Assembly: GCF_000181795.1 (NCBI RefSeq)
Contig: NW_003526945.1
Coordinates: forward strand, 2,253,848-2,295,928
Reading direction: 5' to 3'
From: Trichinella spiralis
Taxonomy: Eukaryota
Length of the DNA: 42,081 nucleotides
Shown here: in pieces, positions 1 through 13,727 of the stretch
Layout of the letters: every line of letters starts with the position of its first letter
How positions within the stretch are numbered: position 1 is the first letter of the stretch
The notes under the pieces: generated by a model
The model's input: only the letters and a program-made list of their open reading frames with translations
The model's database searches: none
Told to the model about the DNA's origin: nothing
Program-made: the position numbers and the translations under genes

Positions 1-1392
1 TTTAAACTATTTTCTTGAAGTAATAATTTTATTGCAATAATCTTTTTGCAAAATTACTTTTCATGTTGTTCATTATCATTATCATTATTATTGTTGTAAA
101 TTATCATAATTATGCACACTCGTCAGAACAGTTTACCAAGCCGTGGGCATTTTTATTCATCTGCTAATCCATCATTTGATCACAATAACAGGAAAGTTAA
201 TTTTTTTTAACTTTTCTCAGCATGATTTGCTAATCACTACAGTGCAGTTGTGAAATATGGGGGACTTGACAACTTTTGACAAACCACTACTGAATAATGG
301 TCATAAAATAAAAAGGTAGTAAGAAGATTGATTATTTCTCGATTCTATTATATACTTTGTTCATTTTTCGTACAATATTTTAAAATAATTAATAGTGATA
401 TTTTTCATTTAACGAACAGAAATTAAAATTCGAATTCGTTACTGCATTCGTTGTTCAAAATGGAGAAGGGATTTTAATTTTCCGGGCAATTGCAAAGTTC
501 CATAAGAGCATGGCAATTTCAACCTGTTCGAATAAGTTGCCAAATTGCAGCAGAATTTAGTAAGGAAAAGTTTCAAAATCTTCAACAGAAAGTTATTTTT
601 AAGCATTTTGAAATGGTAAAAGAAATTTATTCACTTGACATTCATCAACGTGCCAACATGAATTGTTTTTTCAATCAACGTCCAATTTGGAAATGGACAA
701 TTTTTTCATTTCATTTTTTATTTTTATATCAAATTGTTTATTGCAAAAAAAAGTATATATCTACATGAACACATGTGATTGTTGTAATTATGTATGGTGG
801 TCAATTGCATTATTGCATGCTAATAAAATGATGAATAATGACAATGATGAAATTGAATTGGAAAACAGTTTCTGACGCAAAACTATCTTTTTGAAAAGCA
901 TAAATAAAAATTTACCAAGAATTTACCAGCATGTCAAATGTTGCTTTCTTGCCTCTTCCTGGTGTTGATTATTGACTTATGTGACCAAAGTGTGCATATT
1001 CAACGATACGCTATTTATGTTGTTTACTAGATAAACAAGAAGCAAGATAAAAATATTAGGTCATATGGTGTAACCATCATTTGCTCATTCTTCCTTTTCA
1101 ACTGTTAAGGTTATCCAACTGGGTATGACAAACTGATACTATTCCCACGGTGGAGTTTTTTCTCAAGGGGAAGGAAGAATAAAAGGAAAAAGAAAGTTAC
1201 ATTTTCCCCAAGCTCCTGTAGCTTTCCGAATGTGGGCCAGTTCAAACAACACGCAGCATCTGAATGAAATTGTAAAATGTGTAAAAGTTTCTGCCAATCA
1301 AAAAATCGTGTTCAAAAACATTATAATACAGATTGTAGATACAGATTTATTGTTACTCATTTTTCCCATTCATTTGCATATACTGCATTCGT

Positions 1393-1421
1393 TCATTCAT
1401 TCATTCATTCATTCATTCATT
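1393..1421. repeat. (TTCA)n microsatellite
   Basis: About 7 tandem TTCA/CATT units read directly. Confidence 0.9.
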
Positions 1422-4400
1422 GATATTTCTTGTATTTTTAAAATCTATTAACAATTTCTATCTTGTATTATTATTTGCAGTTTATACAACTTTTGCAAAC
1501 GTAATTCATGTCCAGCTAAATTGTAAAACACAGAAAAGACTGCACTGTTGTGTTCATTCTGTTGGCACGTGTTTCTCACACTTCAAACATACTCTGACAG
1601 ATGCACTTATTGATTTCATATTTCATATGAAAATGAAAAAATTATTTAATTGTCTGCTGTCAGTTGAGAAAAGTGATGAAATAATTTGTTTTCAAGATGA
1701 AGCTTAAAATCTAGTCCGTACATAACTGAATTCACTGTTGAACTTATTCGACAACTGTAAAATGATTCATCTTGTTGGAGATTCATGATTTCAGGTTGTT
1801 GTTTATCAAATTCTTTTTCATAAAATGAGAAAGAATTTGTTTATTTTGCGCAATTTCACAAATATGTTTATTTTATTTCATAATTTCTAAATGGAAAGAA
1901 TTTTAATTTGCCAATTTAACTTTTCAACGCATGACGTCATCATTATTCTAATGAAAATGATATGGTGTTTTCTTGGACAAGCGCTGTTTTGTTCATTACG
2001 GTTTTAAATTTTATTCAAAAGACGAAATGTTTTTTCTTTTGTCATTAAAAATGTGAAAAATAACAAATTCTGATTTTATCAATCCAAAAATTAATACCAC
2101 ACCTACTGTAGCATGCATAACTTAACAAAATGAAATTCACACTTGTGCATAATAATTTTAGACAATAATTTCACATTTGTTATTATTTAAATGTGTTAAG
2201 TGTAAAAGAAATTTAGAAATTTTTTGAAAAATTGCATTCAAATTTTGGCTTCTCAATACTCTTTAGGTAATCAATTGTTTTCGTTGTTTGTACAGAAGCA
2301 ATATAAAAGGAAATGAAGTTCAAACTGTACAAAATGCAAAACATAATAATGAATATTACTAAAATTAATTTTGTGATAAAAATGCTCAAATAAAAAATGA
2401 TAAATGGCAATAAGCAAGCAAACGAAGAACAAATGTGATGCTGGAGAATACGTATTCGCAGTATAATTTCTTTACGCATTTTCATATCATTTTTTATTTC
2501 AACATGAATTTGGCAATTGAAAACAAAACAAACAGATTTTTTCATATTTCATTTTTAATTGGAAAATGTCAAATTGAAAATGTTGAACATCTTAATAATC
2601 AAGTATAAATGTTGTAAAGTATAATTGTTCAAAAATACAACCAAAAGCTATGTACATAAAATACATGCTGTGCAAAACTTTTCAGAATATTTTAAGACAC
2701 GTAAAAAAGATTGTTGAATAAAAAAACTGAAATTAGAAAATTAATCTGATATTGTGTTAATTTGAAATGTTGATTTATTAACTGAATCGTATGCTTCAAT
2801 TTTATAAGAAAAAAGAGAAACTTTTTGCTCCAGTATGAACTGGTTGTGTCACTGCTTAGAGTGACGCCATGCAAATCGTTTATTACATGAGAAATAGATC
2901 CACATTAAAAAAAGAGGAGCGTGATTTGTAAGTAATACGGCTGATTTAAACGGTCACAGCTGTGCCCAATGACAGTTTTCAAAAAATTTTAAACAGACAA
3001 TTTATCAGAGTGTGAAAATTAACTGCTTTACAGAATGAACTCATTTGTTATTTTACATCAGGATGAGTTATTAGTTATACACATTCAACTGTCTTCTTTT
3101 TTTACTTTTAAAGTCAGGGTTACACGCATCTACAGGGCTATCTGATTCATGTTTATTTCTCATTCGGTGGTTTGTTGTAAAACCTGTATAATTCTGGTGA
3201 CCAATCCAAACTTGGCACACCAACTACGTCTACATTTCAGGACAGACAAACTTGCTCCTCAGATAATATGCAGCAATAAATCAATCTGGTGTAATGATAA
3301 CAATAACATATCTAACATAGGTCATCTATTGTCAATTAATAATTTTATATTAAACGGCGTTTTACAACCATTATTTTCATTTCATTTTTTCATCTGATTC
3401 TGATCAAGCAACAGGTAATTATTTTTTAATTGAGATACTTTAAATTCTACTTACCAGTAATGCTTTACAAAAATTTGTTAATGTAATATCCATTTCAAAC
3501 TGTAAACACTTTTAATAAATTCAGTACGTGCTCTCTTATAGCTGCTTAATCTCTCTCACATTATCTGTAAAAATCAAGCATAGAATGCAAAAGTTTTGTT
3601 TATGAGCATTTCATAAATTCATATAAGATTCGTATTCCATATTCCATTCTAGAAGAAATTTATTACGCTTTCACAGTAATTTTTCCAGTTATTAACTAAA
3701 ATATATTATCATTAATCAATTAATTAATAAAAAATAAACTATGCTAAAGTACAGTGTATACGTAATAAGCAATAATATGCATAATGCAATGTAATTTTTA
3801 CTATAACATTACTTGCATAAAGGAATAAGATCACATCTGCATGGTATAACGCACATGATGCATATTTATTAACACATGATATAGTTAATTTTATTTAGCA
3901 AAATAAGATTTTTCAAATGTGCAATGTTTCATTATTCGATGGATTACAAAGTTTCTTAATTGTCCACCTCTGACTTTTGTAAAACAATAAAAACGCATAA
4001 AGTAAAATTTATATTTAAAAATGAAAGTTTAAGCATAGTTTTTAACGTATTCTAACATTTTTTGTTTAAAGTTCTACAACAGAGTCCCCTTAACAATGGC
4101 AAACTAAATATTTCAACGACTTGTCAAAATATGCACCAATACTGCACATCAACTAAACTCTTTTTTTTATATTTTCCAAATTTTTTATAATTTTGAGTGC
4201 CCATTCTCGTACAGGCTAAAATTTATTGTAATTTTTTAATTGTCTTTAGCAATATGTGCATAGACTACAAAATTTGAATTAAAGATGAAACATATCCTAA
4301 TTTATATATGAATACATAAGAATACGCTTTTATTAGAGGAGTACAATGTAGTGCAGTTGCCTAAATAATCATTGTTGCATTACTTAAAAATGTTTTTACT

Positions 4401-4673
4401 GATAAAACAATATTTCAACATTTTTAACAGTTAAAAAAAGGAAGTGATTTCTTGTTTTGACTTCATGAAATAGTGTTTACTATTACCGTGCTGTTGGTTT
4501 GGTAAGTAGTGTTGTTGGTAATACTTTCATTTTTTTAAAACTGAACTAACTTACACTTTCCAAAGCTATACGAATACATATTACCTTTATTAAATGTTAA
4601 ATATGATTAAGCTGTTGATTATATTATGTAAAATAAACGTGCAAATTTTAGGTTTCTTTAAAATCGACACGAC

Positions 4674-6672
4674 ATGCGTGATAATTTGAAATTTGATGAA
4701 AGCATATTTACGCCATTTAAAATTGCCATCCTTCCCAAAATGTCCGAGGTTGCTTCTATGATTCAAATGATTGGTGAAGTAACGAATTGAATTGTCTTAA
4801 TTTTGATCTTTATAAAATTTAACTACTTTTTAGGATTCAGAGGAAGCATTTTTTCTGTTTGATTTAGGAAAACTGATACGACTTCACCAGCGATGGATTG
4901 AGCATTTACCACAAATTCACCCTTTCTATGCTGTCAAATGTAACGACAATAAACTACTTCTGTCTTTGCTAGCATCGATGGGAGTCAATTTTGACTGTGC
5001 CAGCAAAGTAAGCATATGTTAATGGTCAAAGTGTATTACCTGTTATGCATTGGTAAAATGAAAAGAACATCCTTATTCATAGGTCACACATGCTTTCATC
5101 ACATAGAAAATTTAAAAGTTGAAATTAACTTAAGATAATGCATTTTATGAAAGTTTAAAATGTAAAATAGGAAATGTTCATATATTCGATAGGTGAATAC
5201 ACATTCAGAATGCAGACATTGTAAGATATAGGTAAAAATGATACAATTCACTTAATAAACAGATAATGCAATACAAGTAATGAAATTTAAACTTAAAAAG
5301 AAATGAAAACTTTTAGAATGAAATAGAAACTGTTCTCAGTATTGGAGTATCTCCGGAAAGGATAATTTTTGCCAACCCATGCAAGCCCAGAAGCGCTATA
5401 GAATATGCAAATTCTCAAAATGTGCGCTATATGACGTTCGACAATGAACAAGAACTGCAAAAAATACATTCACTTTATCCAAAATCAGAGTATGATTTAT
5501 GCATGAAGTGAACCGTTTTTGCATTTATTATTTTAAATTTAATGAAAAATTGGTCAAGTGGAGGATAAATTATTTATCATTTCAGACTGCTAATGCGCAT
5601 TTCAACATTCAATTACAATGCTGTTATTTCTTTTGAAAAAAAGTTTGGCTGCAATCCAATAACAGAAGCGCCGGAATTATTGAAGAAAGCAATTGTTCTT
5701 GGTTGCAAAGTTGTCGGAATTTGGTCTGGTCATTTTGTAATTAAAATTTTAATAACTGAAATATAAAAGTGTGGAATTTAGTTTTCACGTTGGAACAGGC
5801 TGTCGAGAATCATCCGCTTATACAAATTCCATAGCAAATGCACGAAAATTGTTCGACTTGGGAAATCAGTTTGGTTGTCCGCTGAAACTGCTGGATATTG
5901 GTGGTGGATTCTCGGCTGTACACGAAAATGGCGCTCTTCCATTCGAATCGTTAGCCATGGAAATTAATCAGGCGTTGAGTTTTTACTTCCCCTCAGATAT
6001 GAATGTGACTGTGATAGCCGAACCAGGTCGTTACTACGCAGCTAAACCATTCCAACTGTGCACTCGTGTTATTGGTTATAGAAAAGTTGCTGCATCGAAA
6101 ATTACAGAAAACCGTACAAGCTGCTTGCAAAGCAAAATTTAAGAATAGAAATTATTTTTATTTCTTTTCAGCTGCGGATGATGCTGATATCGGTTTCATG
6201 TATTTTATTAACGATGGCATATATGGATCATTCAACTGCATCTTGACAGAAAATACCGTTCCACAGGGACAATTATTAAAGGTTACTTTCTTGTGATATT
6301 TTGTTGTGTACTCTACACAAATTTTAACATTAAATTACAGAAACGAAAAGCCAGTAAAACTTATTGGTCAACTGTTTGGGGTCAGACGTGCGATAGTTTG
6401 GATATCATTTTAAAAAAATGTCAGCTGCCTGAATTATTTGAAAATGAACTTTTATTGTTCCAAAATATGGGAGCATATTCGCTGACTGTCAGCACCGAGT
6501 TCAATGGTTTCTCGAGAACAAAAGTTTACCCGTACATCAAAGAAGATGATGTGTAATGATCAGTTGAAATAAGAAAAAATAATCAAATAATGCTTTTTGA
6601 AAATTATAAATTTTCAGGGATAGTTTTCAGCCGCTACTTTTGAACAAAGCCAACCAATGGAACTCCCACTGA
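4674..6672 (+). CDS. odc-1: Ornithine decarboxylase-family PLP enzyme (fold III), 8 coding exons, about 432 aa
   Basis: Exons 4674-4778, 4834-5007, 5317-5489, 5586-5723, 5782-6113, 6172-6281, 6341-6552, 6618-6672 join in frame through GT-AG introns (1299 nt). Motifs: PFYAVKCN (PLP Lys), FDCASK, IFANPCK, MTFDN, KFG, FHVGTG, LDIGGGF, IAEPGRYY, NDGIYGSFNC, WGQTCDSLD (catalytic Cys), NMGAY, FNGF. The first and last exons are less certain. Confidence 0.93.
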
Positions 6673-9315
6673 CGGTGCATCTCAGCGGAAAATCATCATA
6701 AAATGAAATTAGTGCTATTAGAATAATTAACTTAGATTTCGAGCCATATTCTTTAGCGTTGCTGTTAGATAAGATTGGATTTAATTTTGAAATCGTAGAT
6801 TGAAATGTTCATTTTATTGTTTAGTAAAATTTTACATGAAGCACACGCGCAAGTGAAGCTGGCATTTTTAATTTTCCCCAATTAAAAATTAGTCATCAAC
6901 ATAAATACAAACGTGACAGATTTTAAACTTTAAATATGCTCTTAAGTTGTTTACACTTCCAAACTTGATGGCGCATTTTTGAAATGCTTACCTGAAGATT
7001 ATTTTTTGATGATTTAGTTTTGAAATTATTGTTTACTAGCATGATGAAGAAAGAGAATTGTTGAAAGATCTTTGATTGATTTGAAAAACAGATGGATATC
7101 TTTGATTTTAACGGGTTGTGTGCTTGGTGTGCTCTGAATTTATTTCACACCAAAATAAATTAAAAATGAATTCAACTGCATAGCGGATGTAAATAGCAGA
7201 AGACAAATGTATTATTAAAATTCTTCAACATGTTTACTGAAAATTCCAATGAAATGTTTTTTTTAACAATTAATAAAAATTATGTGTAATCAACATTAAA
7301 AAACGATTTATTGCAATTAATTTTTTATATTTTACAACAAAACATCAAAAAAATTTGACAAAAACTAACACAACTGGGTTGTTTGAACGTTTTAATCGAA
7401 ATTTTGTTTTAAAAAAACAATATTGCTACATTTGAAGTATTTTATTGTCTAATTAAAAATAAAAAAACGAATAATAACAAAATAAACTTGAACGTATATA
7501 ATAAATTGTACAACACTTTACAACAATAAAGCATTTGCAACATTTTGTGGCATACTGTACATTACTTCCTGAATAATATTTAATTTTGAGTATATTTTTT
7601 CTTTTGTATGTTGTGAATTTTTTTCATTACAAATTAACCACTTCAATTTACCTTTCATGATGTATATAAACTGTGTGAAATTGCAATGGAAAAAGGAAGA
7701 TCCAAAGATTGCACGTAAGTAAGTGTTCACAAATTTCTTGCTCAAGGTTCATTGTATTCTACGTTTACATTTAAGTGAATTAACGCATGATGATAGTAAA
7801 ATGAAAAATTATTGGGGGAAATGTTTTTTTACATCTTTTACAAAAAAGTCAAAAAATCAATTTAAAAGGCCCGTTAAAAGTGATTATTGAATAGAACTTT
7901 TACATCCAGAAAATATTTTCACTCATCCTTTTTCTCAATTGAAGTGGTGAATCTCGTTTTTATTAGGCTTTTAATAAAAAAAAGGGTCCCAAGTTTAATG
8001 GTAATAGTAAACCGGCAGATCAGTATTGCAAATCAATTTCTTCCTTCTTTTTGATCCATGTTTAGGAGAAAATAAAAAGAAAATTGTCGGCAATTTTGTT
8101 TTAAGCAATGGCCAGTGGAATTTTGTTGTTTACGCAAATGGGGAAATGGGAAAGTTTCGCTTGGAGCATTTTTGCTTAGCCTTTAGCATTGGTGACATTG
8201 AAAAGAAATGACAGCTTTTTTCCAATCAATCCCAACACCCATTTTCAAAGCACTTGTCGCGAATCTATTTTTTCGACAAAACAGCCATTCTATTTATTTT
8301 TATCGCCATTTCTGATGACGTACAACCGTATGGACCAAGCGATGCTTATTTCAAACAAACAAGCAAAAAAATAAAAAAAAATTGACCGTACACTGTGGAT
8401 AAATTTGATTGAACGCTTCGTTTGAACACGGTTTTACAATTTCATCTACTAATGTTTGTATCTTAAAAAATTTGCATAATTCATTACAGTATGATTTGAT
8501 TGTTCATGCAAATTTTGATCCTCTCTTTCTGTTTGTTATATCGCTGTGAGCATTTGGGCAAAAATTGTCCAATTTATTGTCGATGTAATTAACTTTTAAA
8601 TTGTAATCAGATCCGTGCACTTGTCAATGTTGTGTGGCGTAAAATTGTTGAATAACAGCAATTATTTTTCTAATTATTTTAATTTCGGTTTGTCGATTGA
8701 CAGTCTGTCGGTGAATTTCATAAATAAGGGTAATTATGAAAATTGAGGGGAAAGTTTTACAAATGGAAAATGGTCAAAATGCAATATTCGAAGAAATTGA
8801 TCATAACAGTAATAAAGTTATATAAAGAGATCGGTTCACAGTTTGAGGAAGAAGTTTGGAGATATATTTGGTTTGCTGTGGTCGATCAGAAATCGAAGAT
8901 GAATTTCTTCTTTTAATAAGGTGCAATTATTAGAAGGAGAGATGCTCACGAAATCGTGAACAGCAAAATTGAGCTTTTGTATTGTAGTTGCAATCAGCTT
9001 TTCTGATCGTTGCACACAATTTTGCAATTCAATTCAGCAAAATTTACTTTTTCCAATTATTCATTGATCGACGATGACGTCCGTCAACGGCAACAACCGA
9101 ATACGTAAAAATGTGTGTTTACTCCACTTTAAATAGCCATATTGGCTATTTATCAGCTAACATTGGCTAACTATAATAGCTGACAGCTCGAAGTGCAAAG
9201 CCAAAAGAGAATCTCACTTCCAACTTGCCTATAACTCTGAGTTTCAACTGAAAAGATTAGAATTTAAAAAAAAACAGTTCCACTTCCAACTTGTTCAATT
9301 CACATCACATTCACT

Positions 9316-9320
<5 letters not shown>

Positions 9321-9352
<32 letters not shown>
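9321..9352. repeat. (TA)n microsatellite
   Basis: Uninterrupted AT dinucleotide run. Confidence 0.95.
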
Positions 9353-9356
<4 letters not shown>

Positions 9357-10417
9357 TTGAAAAATTGCTTGCAATTGCAAACGGATACAAAAACGTTCGC
9401 TATTCTCTTGCATTTATTATTTGAAAAAGAATCATAAAACATAAATTATGAGAAATATCAAGTCAAAGATCGGCGCTTTAAAACTAGCAACTGACGTTAT
9501 TACTCTGACGTCACTGGTGCAATAACATTCTCTAGCAACCAAAGTAAAACTTTTCCACTTCTTCCAAATTTCAATGTTTTCCTGAATCCAAAATTTGTAA
9601 TGCATATAATAATAAAAGCCAGTGACTAATTTCTTCAAGTCCAAGTGACATCACATTTCTCTTTGAAGCCATACAAGCAAGCGTTTGTCGTCACAAAGCA
9701 GCATTATTTCACTTACGTCAACAGAGTGAATACGTGCTGCTGAGGAAGAGGGTAAGCCAAAACTAGCGTAGGCGTGCGTTCAAAGTATTCTTCTTTTTTT
9801 CTGCTTCTTCTCAGCTAACTCTTTTCTAAATAATGCAACTGTAACATTTGCACTTCAAATTACACGATCATCAGCTGCGTATAATTTTCTTTTTTTTTCA
9901 TACAAAAGCAATCAACTAAAAGAGAATAATCAAATGAAATTGATGCTTTTTCAAATGAAGCAATCCAATAAATAAATGATTAACAAACATTTCATCAAAA
10001 ATCCAACTCGCTTTCTAATCTGTTTTGCCAACACTGATTAGCGCAATTATAATTCGAATTATTATAAAAATGAGAAATTAAAATGACAACAATTAAAGCG
10101 CAGTCTAGCTGAAATAGTCGAGCATTTTCAATGAGTGAAAATTTCAAAAAGAAAAATTTACTGAATGAACAACAGTATCGGACATTGAATGAATGGATGA
10201 AACAACACAGAAAGCAATTATGAAAATATAAGTAAATGGATAAAAAAATACACACCCATGTGGACAGCAATTTTCGCAAAAGCGTTTACATTGACACTGG
10301 CAAACAATGACAAAAGCAATTACTGCATTCATGATTCCCGCCATGAAGTCAATGGATAAATTTACACATTGAAAAAAGGAGAAAAAGCAGAAACAGATAC
10401 AGAAATTTTGAAAGTTT

Positions 10418-11207
10418 TCACGTTGGTGGACGAGCGGTGTGGACAATTTTCGGCTTCACAACGGGTGCATCGTCTTCGTCATCTTGGCATGGATGTACTT
10501 TAATTGATGGACAATTCGAAGATGCAGGAATCAACTCGAGAATTGGTTCTTCTACAAACAACGAACTCAATTATTCTGTTCAATAATCGGATCTGGAAAT
10601 TAATCCACCATGAGCAAGTGCCGCAAGTCGACTAAGAAGTTCAAAATTGAAATTCGGCTCCGATTCTTTGCTCTGCTCCCAACCAACCGGTGGTGAAGCC
10701 GGTGGGCTGATCAAGAACTGCTTTTCCAACTGGGGTAACTTTAAATAGTGCTCGTCATCTTCGGATTTCGGCGTGAAAACCTAGCCAAAAAACATACATG
10801 TTCAATTAGCCACAAGCAGTGAACTGAAAATTTGCAAATCTCATGCAAAAACAACTTGTGTGAAAAAGCAACGCAACGATGAACCAAAGAAAGAAGTAAA
10901 GTCCAAATGAATGCGAGCCGCAGTGGCCCTCTCTGAACTGCAAAACTGCACCCGACAACGTTTAAAGGTACTCAAATAGTGAAACGTAGCCGTTTCGTCA
11001 ACCTCTTTGAACAGTGCTTCGAACTGATGCTGCAATATACAAATGCAATCAAAGCAATCAAAGCAATAGCCACATCGAAGATACCTTTAATTCAAGATTT
11101 TGGAAAACTTCAGCTGGTACGTTGGTGACAATTAAAGATGAAGGGAGTTCAATTTCGCGATCCCCTGTCAGCAGCTCTGTCTTCAGATCACATTGCATTT
11201 CACTCAT
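10418..11207 (-). CDS. rcan-1: Regulator of calcineurin (RCAN/calcipressin), 4 exons, about 200 aa
   Basis: Exons 11207-11085, 11029-10856, 10780-10609, 10551-10418 join in frame (603 nt). RRM-like N-terminus (SLIVTNV...F...FKRCRVQF), LxxP (YLKLP), the signature KQFLISPPASPPVGWEQ, PxIxIT-like PSIKVH, and C-terminal TxxP (HTARPPT*). Confidence 0.95.
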
Positions 11208-12682
11208 TAGAACAAAGCAACTCTGTGATAAACAAACAACCGAAAAATCCCACACTGCTTTTGCAATCGCAATGCCTATGCTTTGGAACACACTACAGTA
11301 TACTTTATGTAAATGCAGGCACCATTAGTATTTATTGCGCAGTTGACAACTTTCGCTCAAACGTGGGTTTCATTTATTTATAAACACGCTGACCAATTAC
11401 TCTACTCGTTGATGTATTGTTTGTAAATTTAATATATTAATGTGTCTTTTTTTATTTGTGAAGTGTTTTACGCAAAGCTTTAGTCAGCTGACTTGATGAA
11501 ATGACAGCTGAAGTGAAAAGTAGAAATTATCTAATAAATAATTTATTTTAGGTAAATTTATGCTGAATTTTGTATTCTATATGCAATATGAAAAAGTTTA
11601 ATTGAATGATAACAGATCTATTTTTATTATACTTTTATTTAAATGAAACGTAGAAGTTGAACAACAAGTGTGCTGGTCAAAATCAGTTGAGAGTGTATGC
11701 ATAAGTAATGCCATATTGAAAGTATTATGTTCAGAAGGTGGGTATAAATTTAGAAGAGTGATTTTAAAATTTAATTATTTAGCACCTGAAATATAAATCT
11801 GAAATAGCTGGCATATTTATTGAATATATGTGAAGTTATTGTTTATAAAATGGAATTCTGCTGATGTCATTTAATAAATCAGAAATTTCATTTCCGTTTT
11901 TATTAAGCAATTATGTTCAAACGCATTGTTTGTTGGCAACCGTTTTATGAGAGTGCTCTTTATCAGCGTACGTTCGTAGGATTTCAGAGAGACTTTGTGA
12001 TTTATTCAGTATTGTGTTAAATATGCTTTATGTTAATTATTGAAAAATTGTTGATAAAATAAAAATAAAATCTGCTTGTAAATGGAAAATATAATAAAGA
12101 GGCAATTTTTTGAATAGCACACAAATATAGATCTGACATTTCAAATGTATAACTAACAAGGAAATTATTTGCATTGGATGACTTTTGATAAGAATGAAGA
12201 TAATAAGATAAGAATGGAAGAGACATAAGAATGATGATGATAATGAACAGACATTAGCAACCTTGCTGCAGCAGTATTGTGGAGCAAGTGCACTTGAGCT
12301 TTACGTCATAGGTATGCTTTTAATGAATTTTCCATTTATTGCATGTTTTGTTATGATTTGTATTAAAGGTTCAAAAAGTTGACCGCATTAATTTTACTGT
12401 TTGTGAAAATGAAGCTTTCCACTTGAGTGGGGGTAAGAGAGGAGTAATAAAATCGTCGCGTTCAATAAAATATTAATTTTCTGACGTAAAAACCTACCGG
12501 ACAATTTCTTTTTGGTTTTTATTTTTCTTCGCTTCAACTAAATAATTATAAAACTTGCCGCGAGGTTTGCGATGATATGCAAGCAAGCTAACAAACAAGC
12601 GAGTCATTTGTTCGCAAAGTTCATTAGCTTGTTAATTATTTCATTTGTTAATAATCGAGGTGAAAAAGTTGTTAAATAGATG

Positions 12683-12707
12683 GATAGATAGATAGATAGA
12701 TAGATAG
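12683..12707. repeat. (GATA)n microsatellite
   Basis: About 6 tandem GATA units. Confidence 0.9.
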
Positions 12708-13727
12708 AACGCGGCCTTCGTTGCGAAACAAATTCCATATTCTTCTCCAAGGACAAGCCGTTCATCGTGATTTAATTGATCGCAACGCTTCATTTATTAT
12801 GCCTATTTCTGTTTTATTAGCATCAGTTTAAATAAATAAATAAACGCCAAACAAATAAATCTTCACGTTTAGTAGATTTTTTTTGCTGTCGATGTAAAGT
12901 TTTACTTTTCACAATTGCACACATCTTGGAAAATGACAACGAGCAATATTGCAATATGCCATATTTCAAACACATTCCAAAGTTTGCATTTTCCTGATTG
13001 AAAATAGCGAATTGAGACGAAATTGCTGATTTATGTAAATTTCAACTTAAATTTTTATTTTTCTTTCTCCATCGGTAAAATGCAAAATTAAGAAAAATTA
13101 ATTTTTGAGACTCACCTTTAGCCAATAATTTGAACACTTTGCAGAGGGTCGATGTTTTGAAAGCTCAGCTTTTCAACAAACTAGCTGTGTAAAGTGTAAA
13201 TTAATGTATAGGAAAAGAATACTCTCTACAATCATCGGCAGCACTGTGAACGACAAATTTTTTCCTTTCAGAATTGTTCGAAGCTTCAAATGTACAATTT
13301 CATTGAGTCATACAAAAGTAAAAGTAATGCTACTTTCTAAAGTAGCAATCTATAACTGAATTAATTAAGCAGAAAGCTTTCAAATGAGGTATCATGACAA
13401 CAGTGAATACATTTTTTAAGTTTTGCACTACTGAAAGCCATTATTTCATTTTTACAAGTATTTATTGTCGCTGAACAACTTCATTTGTTGAACGAAGTTG
13501 TTGAACGGCGAGTGTCAAGTTGAAAATACCACCTTTTCTTGATACTATACATTTTATATGACCGTTACTATGCAAATTTTAAGCATTTTTGTCTAGGCAA
13601 AGTTCAAGTACATTGTTCACATTCGAGTAAATAAGGTTATTTAACATATTCTCAGATGTCATTTTTGGCTGTGCTATAGCAAAGGGAAATAAGGTTCGAG
13701 TTTTGCACTTTCCTTTGATAACTGAAA

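Noticed and set aside
3130..3141. TACAGGGCTATC, matching the 3' half of miR-107
   Set aside because: No seed match, no hairpin, and the family is not expected in this lineage.
1..4400. Short ORFs in the first 4.4 kb (e.g. 490-768, 2213-2545, 3149-3397)
   Set aside because: F/I/K/N-rich translations typical of AT-rich non-coding DNA; no motifs and no consistent exon chain.
11014..11383. Plus-strand ORFs overlapping RCAN
   Set aside because: Antisense shadows of the RCAN coding exons.
11482..11493. 12-bp palindrome AGTCAGCTGACT upstream of RCAN
   Set aside because: A palindrome of this length is expected several times by chance in 42 kb; no other support.
12205..12311. Exon-like block KNGKRHKNDDDNEQTLATLLQQYCG... 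ending in a donor
   Set aside because: Low-complexity start, no convincing acceptor or ATG, and the next candidate exon stops immediately.
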